Below, one piece after another: positions 18,666 to 29,221 of a DNA stretch of 64,000 nt. The stretch is from Halarcobacter sp. (GTDB lineage: Bacteria; Campylobacterota; Campylobacteria; Campylobacterales; Arcobacteraceae). The position numbers and the translations under genes were made by a program. Under the pieces are notes generated by a model. The model did not search any database and had not been told where the DNA came from. It was given only the letters and a program-made list of their open reading frames with translations. Where the stretch lies: NCBI GenBank assembly GCA_048571215.1, contig CP182352.1, forward strand, positions 96,001-160,000. Direction: 5' to 3'. Every line of letters starts with the position of its first letter. Position 1 is the first letter of the stretch.

Positions 18666-19844
18666 TTAGTCCATAGTCCCAGCAGGAACAAATACATTAC
18701 CTTCCATGATAATTCTTGCACTTCTACTCATACTTGCTTTTTCAACTTTATATTTACCATCTTTGTTAGTTAAAGCAGCACCTACTTTTAAAGTTCCAGA
18801 TGGGTGTCCAAAGTTTACATCATCTTTTTCTCCCCCACCAGCTGCAAGATTTACCAATGTTCCAGGAACACAAGCTGCAACTCCAATAGCAACAGAAGCT
18901 GTTCCCATCATGGCATGGTGTAGTTGTTGCATAGATAAAGCACGTACGTGTAAATCAATTTCATTTGCTTTTATTGTTTTTCCAGTTGATGTAGTAAAAT
19001 CAGATGGTGGTGCGACAAAGGCAACTTTTGGTACATGTTGTTGAGTCTCTGCATCTTTTGGGTTTTTCATAAGTCCCATTTTCATAGCACCTGCTATTCT
19101 AATTGTTTCAAATCTTTTTAATGCTTCAACATCTGAGTTAATATCCCCTTGAAGTTCAGTTCCTGTGTATCCTATATCTTCTGCATTTAAGAAAATTGTA
19201 GGAATACCAGCTGTTATCATAGTAGCTTTAAAAGTACCAATACCTGGAACTTCTAAATCATCTACTAAGTTACCAGTTGGAAATAACTCTTCACTTGGAT
19301 CAACAGGTTCAACAAACTCTAATTTAATCTCTTCAGCTGGAAAAGTAACTCCATCGATTTCATAATCACCTATCTCTTTAACCATTCCATCTGCCATTGT
19401 TACATAACAAAGTATAGTTTTTTTGATATTTGCTTGCCAAATTTTTACACAACAAACACCGTTTTGGGGTACATTGTCAACTAAACCCTCTTTTATAGCA
19501 AAAGGACCAACTGCACTTGATAAGTTTCCACAGTTTCCAGACCAATCCATAAAATCTTTATCAATAGCAACTTGACCAAAGTAATAATCAACATCATGTC
19601 CTGGAACTTCACTTTTTCCTACAAGTACAGTTTTTGATGTACTAGATGTTGCACCACCCATACCATCTATTTGTTTTTTATAGGCATCAGGGCTTCCAAC
19701 AATTCTTTGTAAAAGTTTATTTTTTGCTTCTTGATTCTCTTGTGCCTCTTTAGGTAAATCAGCTATATTAAAAAATGTTCCTTTAGAAGTTCCACCTCTC
19801 ATATATGTAGCTTTTACTTTAAATTGTGGCTTATAATTACTCAT
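18666..19844 (-). CDS. prpF: 2-methylaconitate cis-trans isomerase
   Basis: YMRGGTSKG, GATSSTSK, SGNCGNL, HHAMMGT; follows acnD. Confidence 0.96.
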   Translation of the reverse strand: MSNYKPQFKVKATYMRGGTSKGTFFNIADLPKEAQENQEAKNKLLQRIVGSPDAYKKQIDGMGGATSSTSKTVLVGKSEVPGHDVDYYFGQVAIDKDFMDWSGNCGNLSSAVGPFAIKEGLVDNVPQNGVCCVKIWQANIKKTILCYVTMADGMVKEIGDYEIDGVTFPAEEIKLEFVEPVDPSEELFPTGNLVDDLEVPGIGTFKATMITAGIPTIFLNAEDIGYTGTELQGDINSDVEALKRFETIRIAGAMKMGLMKNPKDAETQQHVPKVAFVAPPSDFTTSTGKTIKANEIDLHVRALSMQQLHHAMMGTASVAIGVAACVPGTLVNLAAGGGEKDDVNFGHPSGTLKVGAALTNKDGKYKVEKASMSRSARIIMEGNVFVPAGTMD

Positions 19845-19915
19845 TGCTTTTCCTTAAAAAATATTTTAAAACTTTTTAAAAATATCATCTGATTTCTTTA
19901 AGAAGTTTTATAAAT

Positions 19916-19945
19916 CATAAAAAGCATCAAAAGATGCTTTTTATG
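19916..19945 (-). terminator. Hairpin between acnD and prpF
   Basis: CATAAAAAGCATC-AAAA-GATGCTTTTTATG. Confidence 0.65.
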
Positions 19946-19951
19946 GATTTG

Positions 19952-22555
19952 TTATTTAGATGCAATTACATCTTTAGCGAATTTTTGTAAAATACCACCA
20001 GCTTTATAAACTTCAACTTCTGCAGAAGTATCAAGTCTACATAAAACTGTAAATTCAACTTTTTCACCATTTGCTCTTGTCATTACAACTGTTAAATCAG
20101 TTCTAGGTTTAATATCTCCAACAATATCAAATGTTTCTGAACCATCTATATTATAAGTGTGTCTAGTTTCACCCTCTTTAAACTGTAATGGTAAGACACC
20201 CATACCAACTAAGTTAGTTCTGTGGATTCTTTCAATTGATTCAGCAATAAGAACTTCAACACCTGCAAGTCTTACACCTTTTGCAGCCCAGTCTCTTGAA
20301 GAGCCTTGACCATAGTTAGTACCTGCTATGATAATAAGTGGTTGTTTTCTTTGTGTATATGTCTCAATAGCTTCCCACATTCTAGATTCAGTACCCTCTG
20401 GCATAATTTTTGTCAATGAACCTTGTTTAACATTTCCATTTTCATCTTTAACCATTTCATTAAATAGTTTTGGATTTGCTAAAGTTGCTCTTGAAGCTGT
20501 ATTGTGATCCCCTCTATGGGTTGCATAAGAGTTTAAATCTTCAACAGGTAATCCCATTTTTAAACAATACTCCCCCGAAGCACTTGTTGGTAAGATTGCA
20601 TTTGAAGGTGACAAGTGGTCTGTTGTGATATTATCAGGGAATACACCTAAAGGTCTCATCCCTTTTAATTCTGGCATTCCCATAAATTCATCTTCCCAAT
20701 AAGGTGGTTTTTGAATATATGTAGAGTTAGAATTCCAGTTATAAAATGGGTCGATTTTAATATCAGCTAAAGGATTTCTTGCAAACATTGGGTCATAAAT
20801 TTCACCAAACATTTCAGGTTTTACAGCTGATTTTTCAATTGCGTCAATCTCAGCATCACTTGGCCATAAATCTTTTAGAGTAATAGGATTTCCATTTTTA
20901 TCAGTTCCTAAAGAATCTTTTTCAATATCAAATCTAATAGTTCCTGCTAGTGCATATGCAATTACAAGTGGAGGTGAAGCTAAAAATGCCTCTTTTACAT
21001 ATGGGTGGATTCTACCATCAAAGTTTCTATTTCCAGATAATACAGCTGTTGAATAGATATCATTATCTACAACCTCTTTTTGGATAGCTGGGTCTAATGC
21101 TCCACTCATACCATTACAAGTAGTACATGCAAAACCAACAATACCAAATCCAAGTTTTTCAAGCTCTGGTAAAAGACCTGATTCTTTTAAGTAAAGTTCT
21201 GCAACTTTTGAACCTGGTGCTAAAGATGATTTAACCCATGGTTTTCTTGTCAAACCAAGCTCATTTGCTTTTTTAGCAACTAAACCAGCAGCAATAACAT
21301 TTCTTGGGTTTGAAGTATTTGTACAAGATGTAATTGCAGCAATTAAGATACCACCATCAGGAATTTTATCCCCATCTTGTTTCCATTCTTTTGTAATCCC
21401 TTCTGATTGTAAAGTAGAAGTTGGAACTAATTTATGTGGTTTAGAAGGTCCAGCTAAAGATCTTGTGACACTTGTTAAATCAAATGTTAAAGTTCTAGCA
21501 TATGTTGCATTTTTGAATGAATCTGCCCATAAACCATTTGCTTTAGCATAAGCTTCAACTAACTCAACTTGTTTTGGATCTCTACCTGTAATTTTTAGAT
21601 AATCAATAGTTTTATCATCAATTCCAAACATTGCAGCACTTGCACCATATTCAGGAGTCATATTAGAAATAGTAGCTCTATCTCCTAGGTTTAGGTATTG
21701 AATCCCTGAACCAAAGAACTCTAAATATGCTGAAATTACATCGTTTTCTCTTAAAAATGAAGTTAAAGATAAAGCAATATCAGTTGCAGTAATACCAGGA
21801 GCTCTAGTCCCTATAATTTCAACACCAATTATATCAGGTACTCTCATATATGAAGGGTTTCCAAGCATTACATTTTCAGCTTCTAATCCCCCAACACCAA
21901 CAGCAATAACACCAAGTGCATCAACATGAGGAGTGTGTGAGTCTGTTCCAACCAATGTATCTGGACTTGCAATCCCATCTATATTGTGAACAACTGGAGA
22001 CATTTTTTCAAGGTTGATTTGATGCATGATACCATTTCCTGGAGGGATAACATCTACATTGTTAAATGCCTCTTTAGTCCAGTTAATAAAGTGGAATCTA
22101 TCTGCATTTCTTCTATCTTCAATATCTCTGTTTTTTTGAAATGCATCTGGGTCATATCCACCACATTCAACAGCTAATGAGTGATCAACAATAAGTTGAG
22201 TAGGAACAACTGGATTTACTTTTTCAGGATCTCCCCCCTCTTTAGCGATAGCTTCTCTAAGACCTGCTAGGTCAACAAAAGCAGTAAGACCTAAGATATC
22301 GTGACAGATTACACGTGAAGGAAACCAAGGGAAATCTTTGTCAGTTCTTTTTTCAATAAGTTGAATAAGTGAATCTTTTAAATCTTCACTTGGACACTTT
22401 CTAATTAGGTTTTCTGCTAATACTCTTGAAGTATAGTTTAGTTTTTCAAAAGAGCCAGGAGTGATATCTTCAACAGCAGCTTTTACATCGTAATAGCTTG
22501 TATCAAATCCTTCTAGCTTTTTTAGATATTTTTCATTTGTCATTGTTATATCCAT
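19952..22555 (-). CDS. acnD: Fe/S-dependent 2-methylisocitrate dehydratase
   Basis: Aconitase-family motifs (CHDILG, DSHTP, AITSCTNTSNPRN, ACTTCNGMSG); located between prpC and prpF. The start may be the ATG at 22543. Confidence 0.95.
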   Translation of the reverse strand: MDITMTNEKYLKKLEGFDTSYYDVKAAVEDITPGSFEKLNYTSRVLAENLIRKCPSEDLKDSLIQLIEKRTDKDFPWFPSRVICHDILGLTAFVDLAGLREAIAKEGGDPEKVNPVVPTQLIVDHSLAVECGGYDPDAFQKNRDIEDRRNADRFHFINWTKEAFNNVDVIPPGNGIMHQINLEKMSPVVHNIDGIASPDTLVGTDSHTPHVDALGVIAVGVGGLEAENVMLGNPSYMRVPDIIGVEIIGTRAPGITATDIALSLTSFLRENDVISAYLEFFGSGIQYLNLGDRATISNMTPEYGASAAMFGIDDKTIDYLKITGRDPKQVELVEAYAKANGLWADSFKNATYARTLTFDLTSVTRSLAGPSKPHKLVPTSTLQSEGITKEWKQDGDKIPDGGILIAAITSCTNTSNPRNVIAAGLVAKKANELGLTRKPWVKSSLAPGSKVAELYLKESGLLPELEKLGFGIVGFACTTCNGMSGALDPAIQKEVVDNDIYSTAVLSGNRNFDGRIHPYVKEAFLASPPLVIAYALAGTIRFDIEKDSLGTDKNGNPITLKDLWPSDAEIDAIEKSAVKPEMFGEIYDPMFARNPLADIKIDPFYNWNSNSTYIQKPPYWEDEFMGMPELKGMRPLGVFPDNITTDHLSPSNAILPTSASGEYCLKMGLPVEDLNSYATHRGDHNTASRATLANPKLFNEMVKDENGNVKQGSLTKIMPEGTESRMWEAIETYTQRKQPLIIIAGTNYGQGSSRDWAAKGVRLAGVEVLIAESIERIHRTNLVGMGVLPLQFKEGETRHTYNIDGSETFDIVGDIKPRTDLTVVMTRANGEKVEFTVLCRLDTSAEVEVYKAGGILQKFAKDVIASK

Positions 22556-22608
22556 TTTTATAATTTAGATTATCTACTATATGTAGAATTTGCATAGTTT
22601 TTTAGTTT

Positions 22609-22631
22609 AAAACCCCTCTTAGAAAGAGGGG
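22609..22631 (-). terminator. GC-rich hairpin after prpC
   Basis: CCCCTCTT-AGA-AAGAGGGG with a U tract on the minus strand. Confidence 0.6.
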
Positions 22632-22641
22632 AGAAGATGAA

Positions 22642-23751
22642 TTATGCTCTGTCTTCTAAAGCAACAAAGTCTCTTGGCTCTGGACCTGTATAAGTTGAAC
22701 CTGGTCTGATAATTCTATTATTTGCTCTTTGTTCAAATGCATGAGCAGCCCATCCAGCAGCTCTTGACATAATGAATAGTGGAGTATAATATAATCTTTC
22801 GATTTGCATATAGTGATAAATTAATCCACCAAAGAAGTCAATATTGTCTGGTAAACCTTTATCAGCTTTTACTTTATCTCTAATCGCTTTTGCAATATCA
22901 AATAGTTTTGGATCTGAAGTTGGAAGCTCTTTTAATTCTTTAGCTAATTCAAAACCAATTGGTGATCTTGGATCTAAGTTTCTATAAACTCTATGACCAA
23001 ATCCCATGATTTTTTCTTTTCTAGCAAAAATCTCATCTACTTCTTTTAATGCATGTTCAACATTGTCAAAACCAAGTACAAACTTGATTGCAACTTCATT
23101 TGCTCCACCATGTAAGTGACCTTTTAAAGTTCCAATACCAGTTGTCATACAAGAGTATACATCTGAAAGTGTTGAAGCTGTAATTCTGTTTGCAAATGTT
23201 GAAGCATTGAACTCATGCTCAGCATATAGAGTTAACATAGCATTCATAGCTTTTACTTCTACTGCTAAAGGTTTTTTCTCTTTTAATCTTTCTACAATAT
23301 ATCCAGCCATAGTTTTTTCATCAGATTTTAATTCAATCTCTTTACCATTTACATGGTAGTGATGCCAATAAACTAAAAATGATGGGAAAGCCCCAAGTAA
23401 TCTTAAGATTTTATCCATTTGATCAGAAAAATCTTCAGCTTCTGGTTCCATACAACCTAAAGCTGATGTTGCAGTTCTCATAACATCCATTGGGTGAGAT
23501 GATGCTGGAAGTGCTTTTAATACATCTTTAACACCTTGAGGTAAATCTCTACCTGCTTGGATTTTAGCCATGATCTCTTCTTTTTGAGCTACAGTTGGCA
23601 ATTCACCTTCTAGTAATAAATATGCTACCTCTTCAAAATCACATTTTAATGCTAAATCTGCAATATCATAACCTCTATAGTTTAAACCATTTCCTAATCC
23701 ACAAGTACAGATTGCTGATTCTCCAGCGATAACTCCTGCTAATCCTGCCAT
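22642..23751 (-). CDS. prpC: 2-methylcitrate synthase
   Basis: Citrate-synthase motifs (AEHEFNAST, LHGGANE, MGFGHRVY, NNRIIRP) in prp operon context. Confidence 0.92.
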   Translation of the reverse strand: MAGLAGVIAGESAICTCGLGNGLNYRGYDIADLALKCDFEEVAYLLLEGELPTVAQKEEIMAKIQAGRDLPQGVKDVLKALPASSHPMDVMRTATSALGCMEPEAEDFSDQMDKILRLLGAFPSFLVYWHHYHVNGKEIELKSDEKTMAGYIVERLKEKKPLAVEVKAMNAMLTLYAEHEFNASTFANRITASTLSDVYSCMTTGIGTLKGHLHGGANEVAIKFVLGFDNVEHALKEVDEIFARKEKIMGFGHRVYRNLDPRSPIGFELAKELKELPTSDPKLFDIAKAIRDKVKADKGLPDNIDFFGGLIYHYMQIERLYYTPLFIMSRAAGWAAHAFEQRANNRIIRPGSTYTGPEPRDFVALEDRA

Positions 23752-23809
23752 AATTGTCTCCTTTTCCCTATTTTAAATTAGATTTTTGTTTTTAAATTTT
23801 TTGTTAAAT

Positions 23810-24694
23810 TTATTTTGCTTTTCCCTTAGCAAAAAGTGCATCCATTTTTTGTTCATAATCATGGTAACCTAACATATCATATAGTTCCATTCTAGTTTGC
23901 ATAGTATCTAAAGTACTTTCTTGTGTACCTTTTTCTCTTAATTCTTTATATACATGTAGTGCAGCTTTATTCATTGCTCTAAATGCTGATAATGGATAAA
24001 GAACCATTTCGATACCAACAGAACCCAATTCTTCAGTTGTAAACATTGGAGTTGCTCCAAATTCAGTAATATTTGCTAAAACTGGTACAGTCATTTGATC
24101 TGTAAACTCTTTGTACTCTTTTAGAGTATGAATTGCTTCAGCAAAAATAGCATCTGCTCCAGCTTCAACATAAGCTTTAGCTCTATCTACTGCTGATTGT
24201 TGACCTTCACTTGCATGTGCATCTGTTCTTGCTATGATATAAAAATCAGGATCTAAGTCCATTTTTGCATCAACAGCAGCTCTGATTCTATCACACATCT
24301 CTTCAGTTGAAACCAACTCTTTGTTTGGTCTGTGTCCACATCTTTTAGCAGCAACTTGATCTTCAATATGTAATCCAGCAGCACCAGATCTGATAAATTC
24401 TTTAACAGTTCTAGCAACATTAAATGCATGTCCCCAACCTGTATCAGCGTCAACGATTAATGGAGTATCACAAATTGAAGTTACTCTTCTAATATCAATA
24501 CATACATCTTCAATCATAGTCATACCTAAATCTGGTAAACCATAAGATGCGTTTGCTATACCTCCACCTGAAAGGTAAATAGCTTTAAATCCTACTTTTG
24601 TAGCTTGTAATGCTTGGTAAGCATTAATTGTTCCAACAATTTGTAAAGGAGTTTCTTCTTTTAAAGCTTCTCTAAATTTTTTTCCTGCGCTCAT
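23810..24694 (-). CDS. prpB: Methylisocitrate lyase
   Basis: KRCGHRPNK motif diagnostic of PrpB. Confidence 0.97.
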   Translation of the reverse strand: MSAGKKFREALKEETPLQIVGTINAYQALQATKVGFKAIYLSGGGIANASYGLPDLGMTMIEDVCIDIRRVTSICDTPLIVDADTGWGHAFNVARTVKEFIRSGAAGLHIEDQVAAKRCGHRPNKELVSTEEMCDRIRAAVDAKMDLDPDFYIIARTDAHASEGQQSAVDRAKAYVEAGADAIFAEAIHTLKEYKEFTDQMTVPVLANITEFGATPMFTTEELGSVGIEMVLYPLSAFRAMNKAALHVYKELREKGTQESTLDTMQTRMELYDMLGYHDYEQKMDALFAKGKAK

Positions 24695-24869
24695 ATAATA
24701 TCCTTATTCGTAATGTAAATAACATTATACATGAGCTAAAGATTCTTGTAGTGTATAATTATTGTTTTAGAAATTGCAACTTTTTTAACTAAACATATAA
24801 TTTGTACAATATTTGTTCTTATGTATGAAAGTGGTACAATAAAAAATAAAAAAAATTTAAGGTTGTGAA

Positions 24870-25847
24870 ATGACATATAAAAATGGAATAGAGAAATTCA
24901 TAGAGATTTTTAAACGTTCAAATTTAAGTATATCAAAATTTGCTAATTTGATAAATAAAGATAGAAGAACAGTAACTTCATGGATTGATAATATTTCTGA
25001 TATAGAACCAAATGATGATGTGAAAAATAAAATTTGCAATATCTTTAGATACCCTGATTTTATTTGGGAAGAGGGGTGTAGTGGAGAAGAGTTTATTAAA
25101 TCTATTACACAAATTCCCCAAAAAGAAGTAAGGATAATCGATGAGGATTATTATGGAAGATTGAAATATATCATGGATCTTGAAAAAAATAGAAGATTTG
25201 TTATCCAAGCTCAGTTTCCAGGACCTATGTATAGAGATACAGCAGTAAAAAGAGTATATAGAACAAAAACAAGTACAGAGATTGAGGAATTAAAACAAGA
25301 AAGAATTAAACAGATGCTTAGGTATGATTATGATACTACAGAGTGGTATTCTATCAAATCAGTATTGAGTTTTTGTTTTGCAAGTATTGGGAATTTTTAT
25401 ACAAAAGAGGAAAAAATACAGATATTAGAGTTGATTTATGAACTATTTAATAATAACTACAACAAAAAGCTATTTTTGTTTGATTCTTTTTCTAGGAAAA
25501 TTTATGGGATGGAGACAACCTACATCTCTATAAATGTAAAACAAAAAATACTTTTTTTTAAATCTCCTATTGAGTCTGTTTTTATAGAGATAAGAAATAG
25601 GAATCTAGTAGAAAGGATGCATAAATACTACTCTTCACCTATAGAAGCCCCTAGCCATGTAAATTTTTTAGAATCAGTTAAAATTATAAAAATCCTAGAA
25701 GATGCAGTTAGATATAACAATGGTATAACTCAAGCCTATGAGACTATCAATAGAACTACAGATTATGGGGAACTATTTTATAATAACTTAAGTGTTGATT
25801 TACAAAAAGAGGTTAGCAAACCAAAACAGGGACAAAGAAGAAATTAA
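24870..25847 (+). CDS. XRE-type HTH transcriptional regulator (putative regulator of the prp operon)
   Basis: N-terminal SISKFANLINKDRRTVTSW HTH; divergent from prpB. Confidence 0.65.
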   Translation: MTYKNGIEKFIEIFKRSNLSISKFANLINKDRRTVTSWIDNISDIEPNDDVKNKICNIFRYPDFIWEEGCSGEEFIKSITQIPQKEVRIIDEDYYGRLKYIMDLEKNRRFVIQAQFPGPMYRDTAVKRVYRTKTSTEIEELKQERIKQMLRYDYDTTEWYSIKSVLSFCFASIGNFYTKEEKIQILELIYELFNNNYNKKLFLFDSFSRKIYGMETTYISINVKQKILFFKSPIESVFIEIRNRNLVERMHKYYSSPIEAPSHVNFLESVKIIKILEDAVRYNNGITQAYETINRTTDYGELFYNNLSVDLQKEVSKPKQGQRRN

Positions 25848-26464
25848 TGGATTATTTGAATCAGTTTTTATTAATAGCAGTTGCCCATGTATTTGCTATG
25901 ATGTCTCCGGGACCTGATATTGCAATTGTTTTAAGACAAAGTATAAGTTATGGAAGAAAAGAAGCCATACTAACTGCACTTGGTATTAGTAGTGGTATTG
26001 TTGTTCACTTAACTTATATACTTTTAGGTTTTGGTTTAATAGTATCAAAATCTGTGTTTATATATACAAGCCTTAAATATTTAGCTGCTTTTTATTTAAT
26101 TTATTTAGGTATAAAAATATTAAAATCAAGCACTTATAGGATAGATGATAATATAGAAAAAGCTTCAATGAGTAATTTTAAAGCTTATCGTATTGGTTTA
26201 TTTACTAATCTTTTAAACCCTAAAGTTACACTTTACTTTTTAGCTTTATTTACAGTTGTTGTAAAACCTGATACTCCATTTAATATACAATTTTTTTATT
26301 GTTTGTTTTTTGTTTTTGGAACATTTTTGATTTTTTCTATATTCTCTTATATTTTTAGTGCAAATAGAGTAAAAAGTTTTTTTAACTCTTTTGGAAAGTA
26401 TTTTGATAGAATTATGGGAATATTTTTAATTTTATTTGCACTTAAATTGATTTTTGGTGAGTAG
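25847..26464 (+). CDS. LysE/RhtB-family exporter
   Basis: SPGPD and TNLLNPKV motifs; multiple TM helices. Confidence 0.9.
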   Translation: MDYLNQFLLIAVAHVFAMMSPGPDIAIVLRQSISYGRKEAILTALGISSGIVVHLTYILLGFGLIVSKSVFIYTSLKYLAAFYLIYLGIKILKSSTYRIDDNIEKASMSNFKAYRIGLFTNLLNPKVTLYFLALFTVVVKPDTPFNIQFFYCLFFVFGTFLIFSIFSYIFSANRVKSFFNSFGKYFDRIMGIFLILFALKLIFGE

Positions 26465-26526
26465 ATGACATCAAGCTTTAAAATGTTAAAATACAAAAAT
26501 CAATTATAGTTTACTAAGGGATAATT

Positions 26527-27390
26527 TTGAAACAGTATTTAGATTTACTACAGCATATATTAGATAATGGTATAAAAAAAGAGGATAGAACAGGTACAGG
26601 TACTTTATCTGTTTTTGGTTATCAAATGAGATTTGATTTAAGTGAGGGCTTCCCTTTAGTTACTACAAAAAAGACCCATCTAAAAGCTATAATAAGTGAA
26701 CTTTTATGGTTTATTGAGGGTAGTACAGATGAAAGAAGATTAGCAGAGATTCATTATGGTCAAAAAAGAGAAGAGCTCATTGGTAAAAAAACAGTTTGGA
26801 CTGCTAATGCAGATTGTCAAGGTAAAAATTTAGGGTATACAAATACAGAAACTATTAAGGAGTTGGGACCTGTATATGGTTCACAATGGAGAAGTTGGGA
26901 AGGTGTTGATGGTAAAAAACTTGATCAACTTGCACAACTAATAGAACAAATAAAAACAAATCCTGATAGTAGAAGACTTATCTTAAATGCATGGAATGCT
27001 TCTGAAATAGAGAAGATGGCTCTACCTCCATGCCATACTTTTTTTCAGTTTTATGTTGCAAATGGAAAATTATCTTGTCAGCTATATCAAAGAAGTGCAG
27101 ATGTATTTTTAGGAGTACCTTTTAATATTGCTTCTTATGCACTTTTAACTATGATGATAGCACAAGTTTGTGATTTAGAACTTGGTGACTTTGTTCATAC
27201 TTTTGGTGATGTGCATATCTATTCAAATCATATAGAGCAAGTAAACTTACAGTTGTCACGAACTCCTTTTGAAAAACCAACAATGAAAATCAATCCAGAT
27301 GTAAAAGATATAAATAGTTTTAAAATGGAAGATTTTGAGCTTGTAAATTATAAATGTCATGAAGCAATAAAAGCACAGATGGCTGTTTAA
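26527..27390 (+). CDS. thyA: Thymidylate synthase ThyA
   Basis: [29 protein letters not shown]-terminal MAV. Confidence 0.98.
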   Translation: MKQYLDLLQHILDNGIKKEDRTGTGTLSVFGYQMRFDLSEGFPLVTTKKTHLKAIISELLWFIEGSTDERRLAEIHYGQKREELIGKKTVWTANADCQGKNLGYTNTETIKELGPVYGSQWRSWEGVDGKKLDQLAQLIEQIKTNPDSRRLILNAWNASEIEKMALPPCHTFFQFYVANGKLSCQLYQRSADVFLGVPFNIASYALLTMMIAQVCDLELGDFVHTFGDVHIYSNHIEQVNLQLSRTPFEKPTMKINPDVKDINSFKMEDFELVNYKCHEAIKAQMAV

Positions 27391-27406
27391 AACAAAGGTA
27401 AGAATA

Positions 27407-27910
27407 ATGAAAATATCAATGATAGTAGCATATGGAAAAAATTGGGAAATAGGTTTAGATAATCAAATGTTGTGGCATATTTCTGAAGATTTTAAAAATT
27501 TTAAAAATATAACCTCAGGACATCATTTGATAATGGGTAGAAAAACCTTTGAATCGATTGGAAAACCTTTGCCAAATAGAACCTCAATTGTTTTAAGCAA
27601 GACAGGCTTTAGTTGTGAAGGTGTTTATTCATTTTCTGATATTCAAGAAGCCTTTGATTTTGCTAGAAGTTCAGGTGAAGAGGAGCTTTTTGTGATTGGT
27701 GGAGCTAATATTTATAAAACTTTATTTCCTTTTGTTGATAAATTGTATCTAAGTGAAGTTGATTTTGAAGGTCTTGCTGATGCGTATTTAAATCCTATAG
27801 ATTTCTCAAATTGGGATTTAGTTGAACAAAAAGATTATGAGGCAATAGTTGAAGATGGGAAAATAAAATCCCCTTCATGGAAGTTCAAAGTTTATATAAA
27901 GAAAGACTAA
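27407..27910 (+). CDS. folA: Dihydrofolate reductase
   Basis: IMGRKTFESIGKPLPNR, VIGGANIY; directly follows thyA. Confidence 0.96.
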   Translation: MKISMIVAYGKNWEIGLDNQMLWHISEDFKNFKNITSGHHLIMGRKTFESIGKPLPNRTSIVLSKTGFSCEGVYSFSDIQEAFDFARSSGEEELFVIGGANIYKTLFPFVDKLYLSEVDFEGLADAYLNPIDFSNWDLVEQKDYEAIVEDGKIKSPSWKFKVYIKKD

Positions 27911-27916
27911 AAGTAA

Positions 27917-28486
27917 ATGGGTAATCCAAGGGAAAAACTACTTCAAGTTGCATTTGATGAGATTTATCAAAATGGTTATTCTGCAACTTCTATTGATAAA
28001 ATTTTAAAAAAAGCAAATATGAACAAAGGCTCAATGTATCACTTTTTTAAATCTAAAAAAGACTTAGCCCTTGCAGTTATAAATGAAAAGATAAATGCTT
28101 ATATTGAAGATAAATATGCTGTATTGTTAAATTATGAAGAAAATATTTGTGATGAGATGATAAAAATGATCAAAGATAGAAAGAACTTTGATTTTGCTTG
28201 TGGTTGTAAACTAAACAATCTTATGCAAGAATTGTCTCCTATAGATAAAGATTTTAAAGCAGCTTTAGAGATTGTTTACACAAGATTTGAAAATATTTTT
28301 GAAAAAGTTTTGGATAATGCAATTGCAAAAAATGAAATCTCACATAATGACACAAAGGCACTTTCAATGTATATAGTTGCCTCAATAGAAGGCTGTATTG
28401 GAACTGCAAAAAAATCACAAGATGGAAAATATTTTCAAACTTGTATCTCTCAACTTGAATTGTTTTTAAACTCATTAAAAAAATAA
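27917..28486 (+). CDS. TetR-family regulator
   Basis: N-terminal TetR HTH (GYSATSID...KGSMYHFFKSK); GC motif as in NemR-like members. Confidence 0.93.
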   Translation: MGNPREKLLQVAFDEIYQNGYSATSIDKILKKANMNKGSMYHFFKSKKDLALAVINEKINAYIEDKYAVLLNYEENICDEMIKMIKDRKNFDFACGCKLNNLMQELSPIDKDFKAALEIVYTRFENIFEKVLDNAIAKNEISHNDTKALSMYIVASIEGCIGTAKKSQDGKYFQTCISQLELFLNSLKK

Positions 28487-28487
28487 T

Positions 28488-29126
28488 ATGAAGATTCTTG
28501 AGCTAAGTAATGATGAGATAGAATCTTTTAAAAAAATAGGACAAATAAAAAACTTTGATGCAAATGGAATACTTTTTTATGAAAATGATATTGCAGATAA
28601 CTTTTATGTAATTCTTTCAGGGCTAGTCAAAGGTGGAATATTTGAAAATAAAAAAGAGAAAATATTTCACTATTTTTTTCCAAATATGTTAGTTGGAGAA
28701 ATATCATATTTAGAAAAGAGTAACTATCCTTTAAGTGCAATGTTTGTGACTTCAGGAGAAGTAATAGTTGTAAATAAAAACTTATTAAAAAATTCAAATT
28801 TTTCTGAAATACAGCTAAATCAAATTTTCCAAAAAGCGATGATAAGCAAAGTAAGATTTTTGCAAAGAAGTATAAAAACAATCGCTTCTGTAAATATAAA
28901 AGTTAGATGTGCAATATTTTTGTTAGAACATAAAAACTATTTACAATATATTTCTATGAAAGAGATGGGAAGTGTTTTAAACACCACAAGGGAATCGGTT
29001 TCTAGAGCTATTGGATTTTTTATTGAACAAAAAGCTATCAAAAAAGATAAAAATCAAATCAAAATTTTAGATGAAAAGTTTTTAGAAAAATTTGTAAAAA
29101 AACAGGAAAATGATATAACTTTTTAA
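28488..29126 (+). CDS. Crp/Fnr-family regulator
   Basis: cNMP-binding-fold N terminus; C-terminal HTH TTRESVSR. Confidence 0.9.
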   Translation: MKILELSNDEIESFKKIGQIKNFDANGILFYENDIADNFYVILSGLVKGGIFENKKEKIFHYFFPNMLVGEISYLEKSNYPLSAMFVTSGEVIVVNKNLLKNSNFSEIQLNQIFQKAMISKVRFLQRSIKTIASVNIKVRCAIFLLEHKNYLQYISMKEMGSVLNTTRESVSRAIGFFIEQKAIKKDKNQIKILDEKFLEKFVKKQENDITF

Positions 29127-29154
29127 TCTCTTATAATCAAAATAAAAGCAATAA

Positions 29155-29172
29155 GTGTGATAAATATCACAC
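29155..29172. promoter_or_regulatory. CRP-type binding site upstream of the MOSC gene
   Basis: GTGTGA-TAAATA-TCACAC, a perfect TGTGA-N6-TCACA. Confidence 0.8.
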
Positions 29173-29221
29173 ATGGATTTTTTTAAACTGATACAATTAT
29201 TAAAAAGTTTGGAGTATTTTC

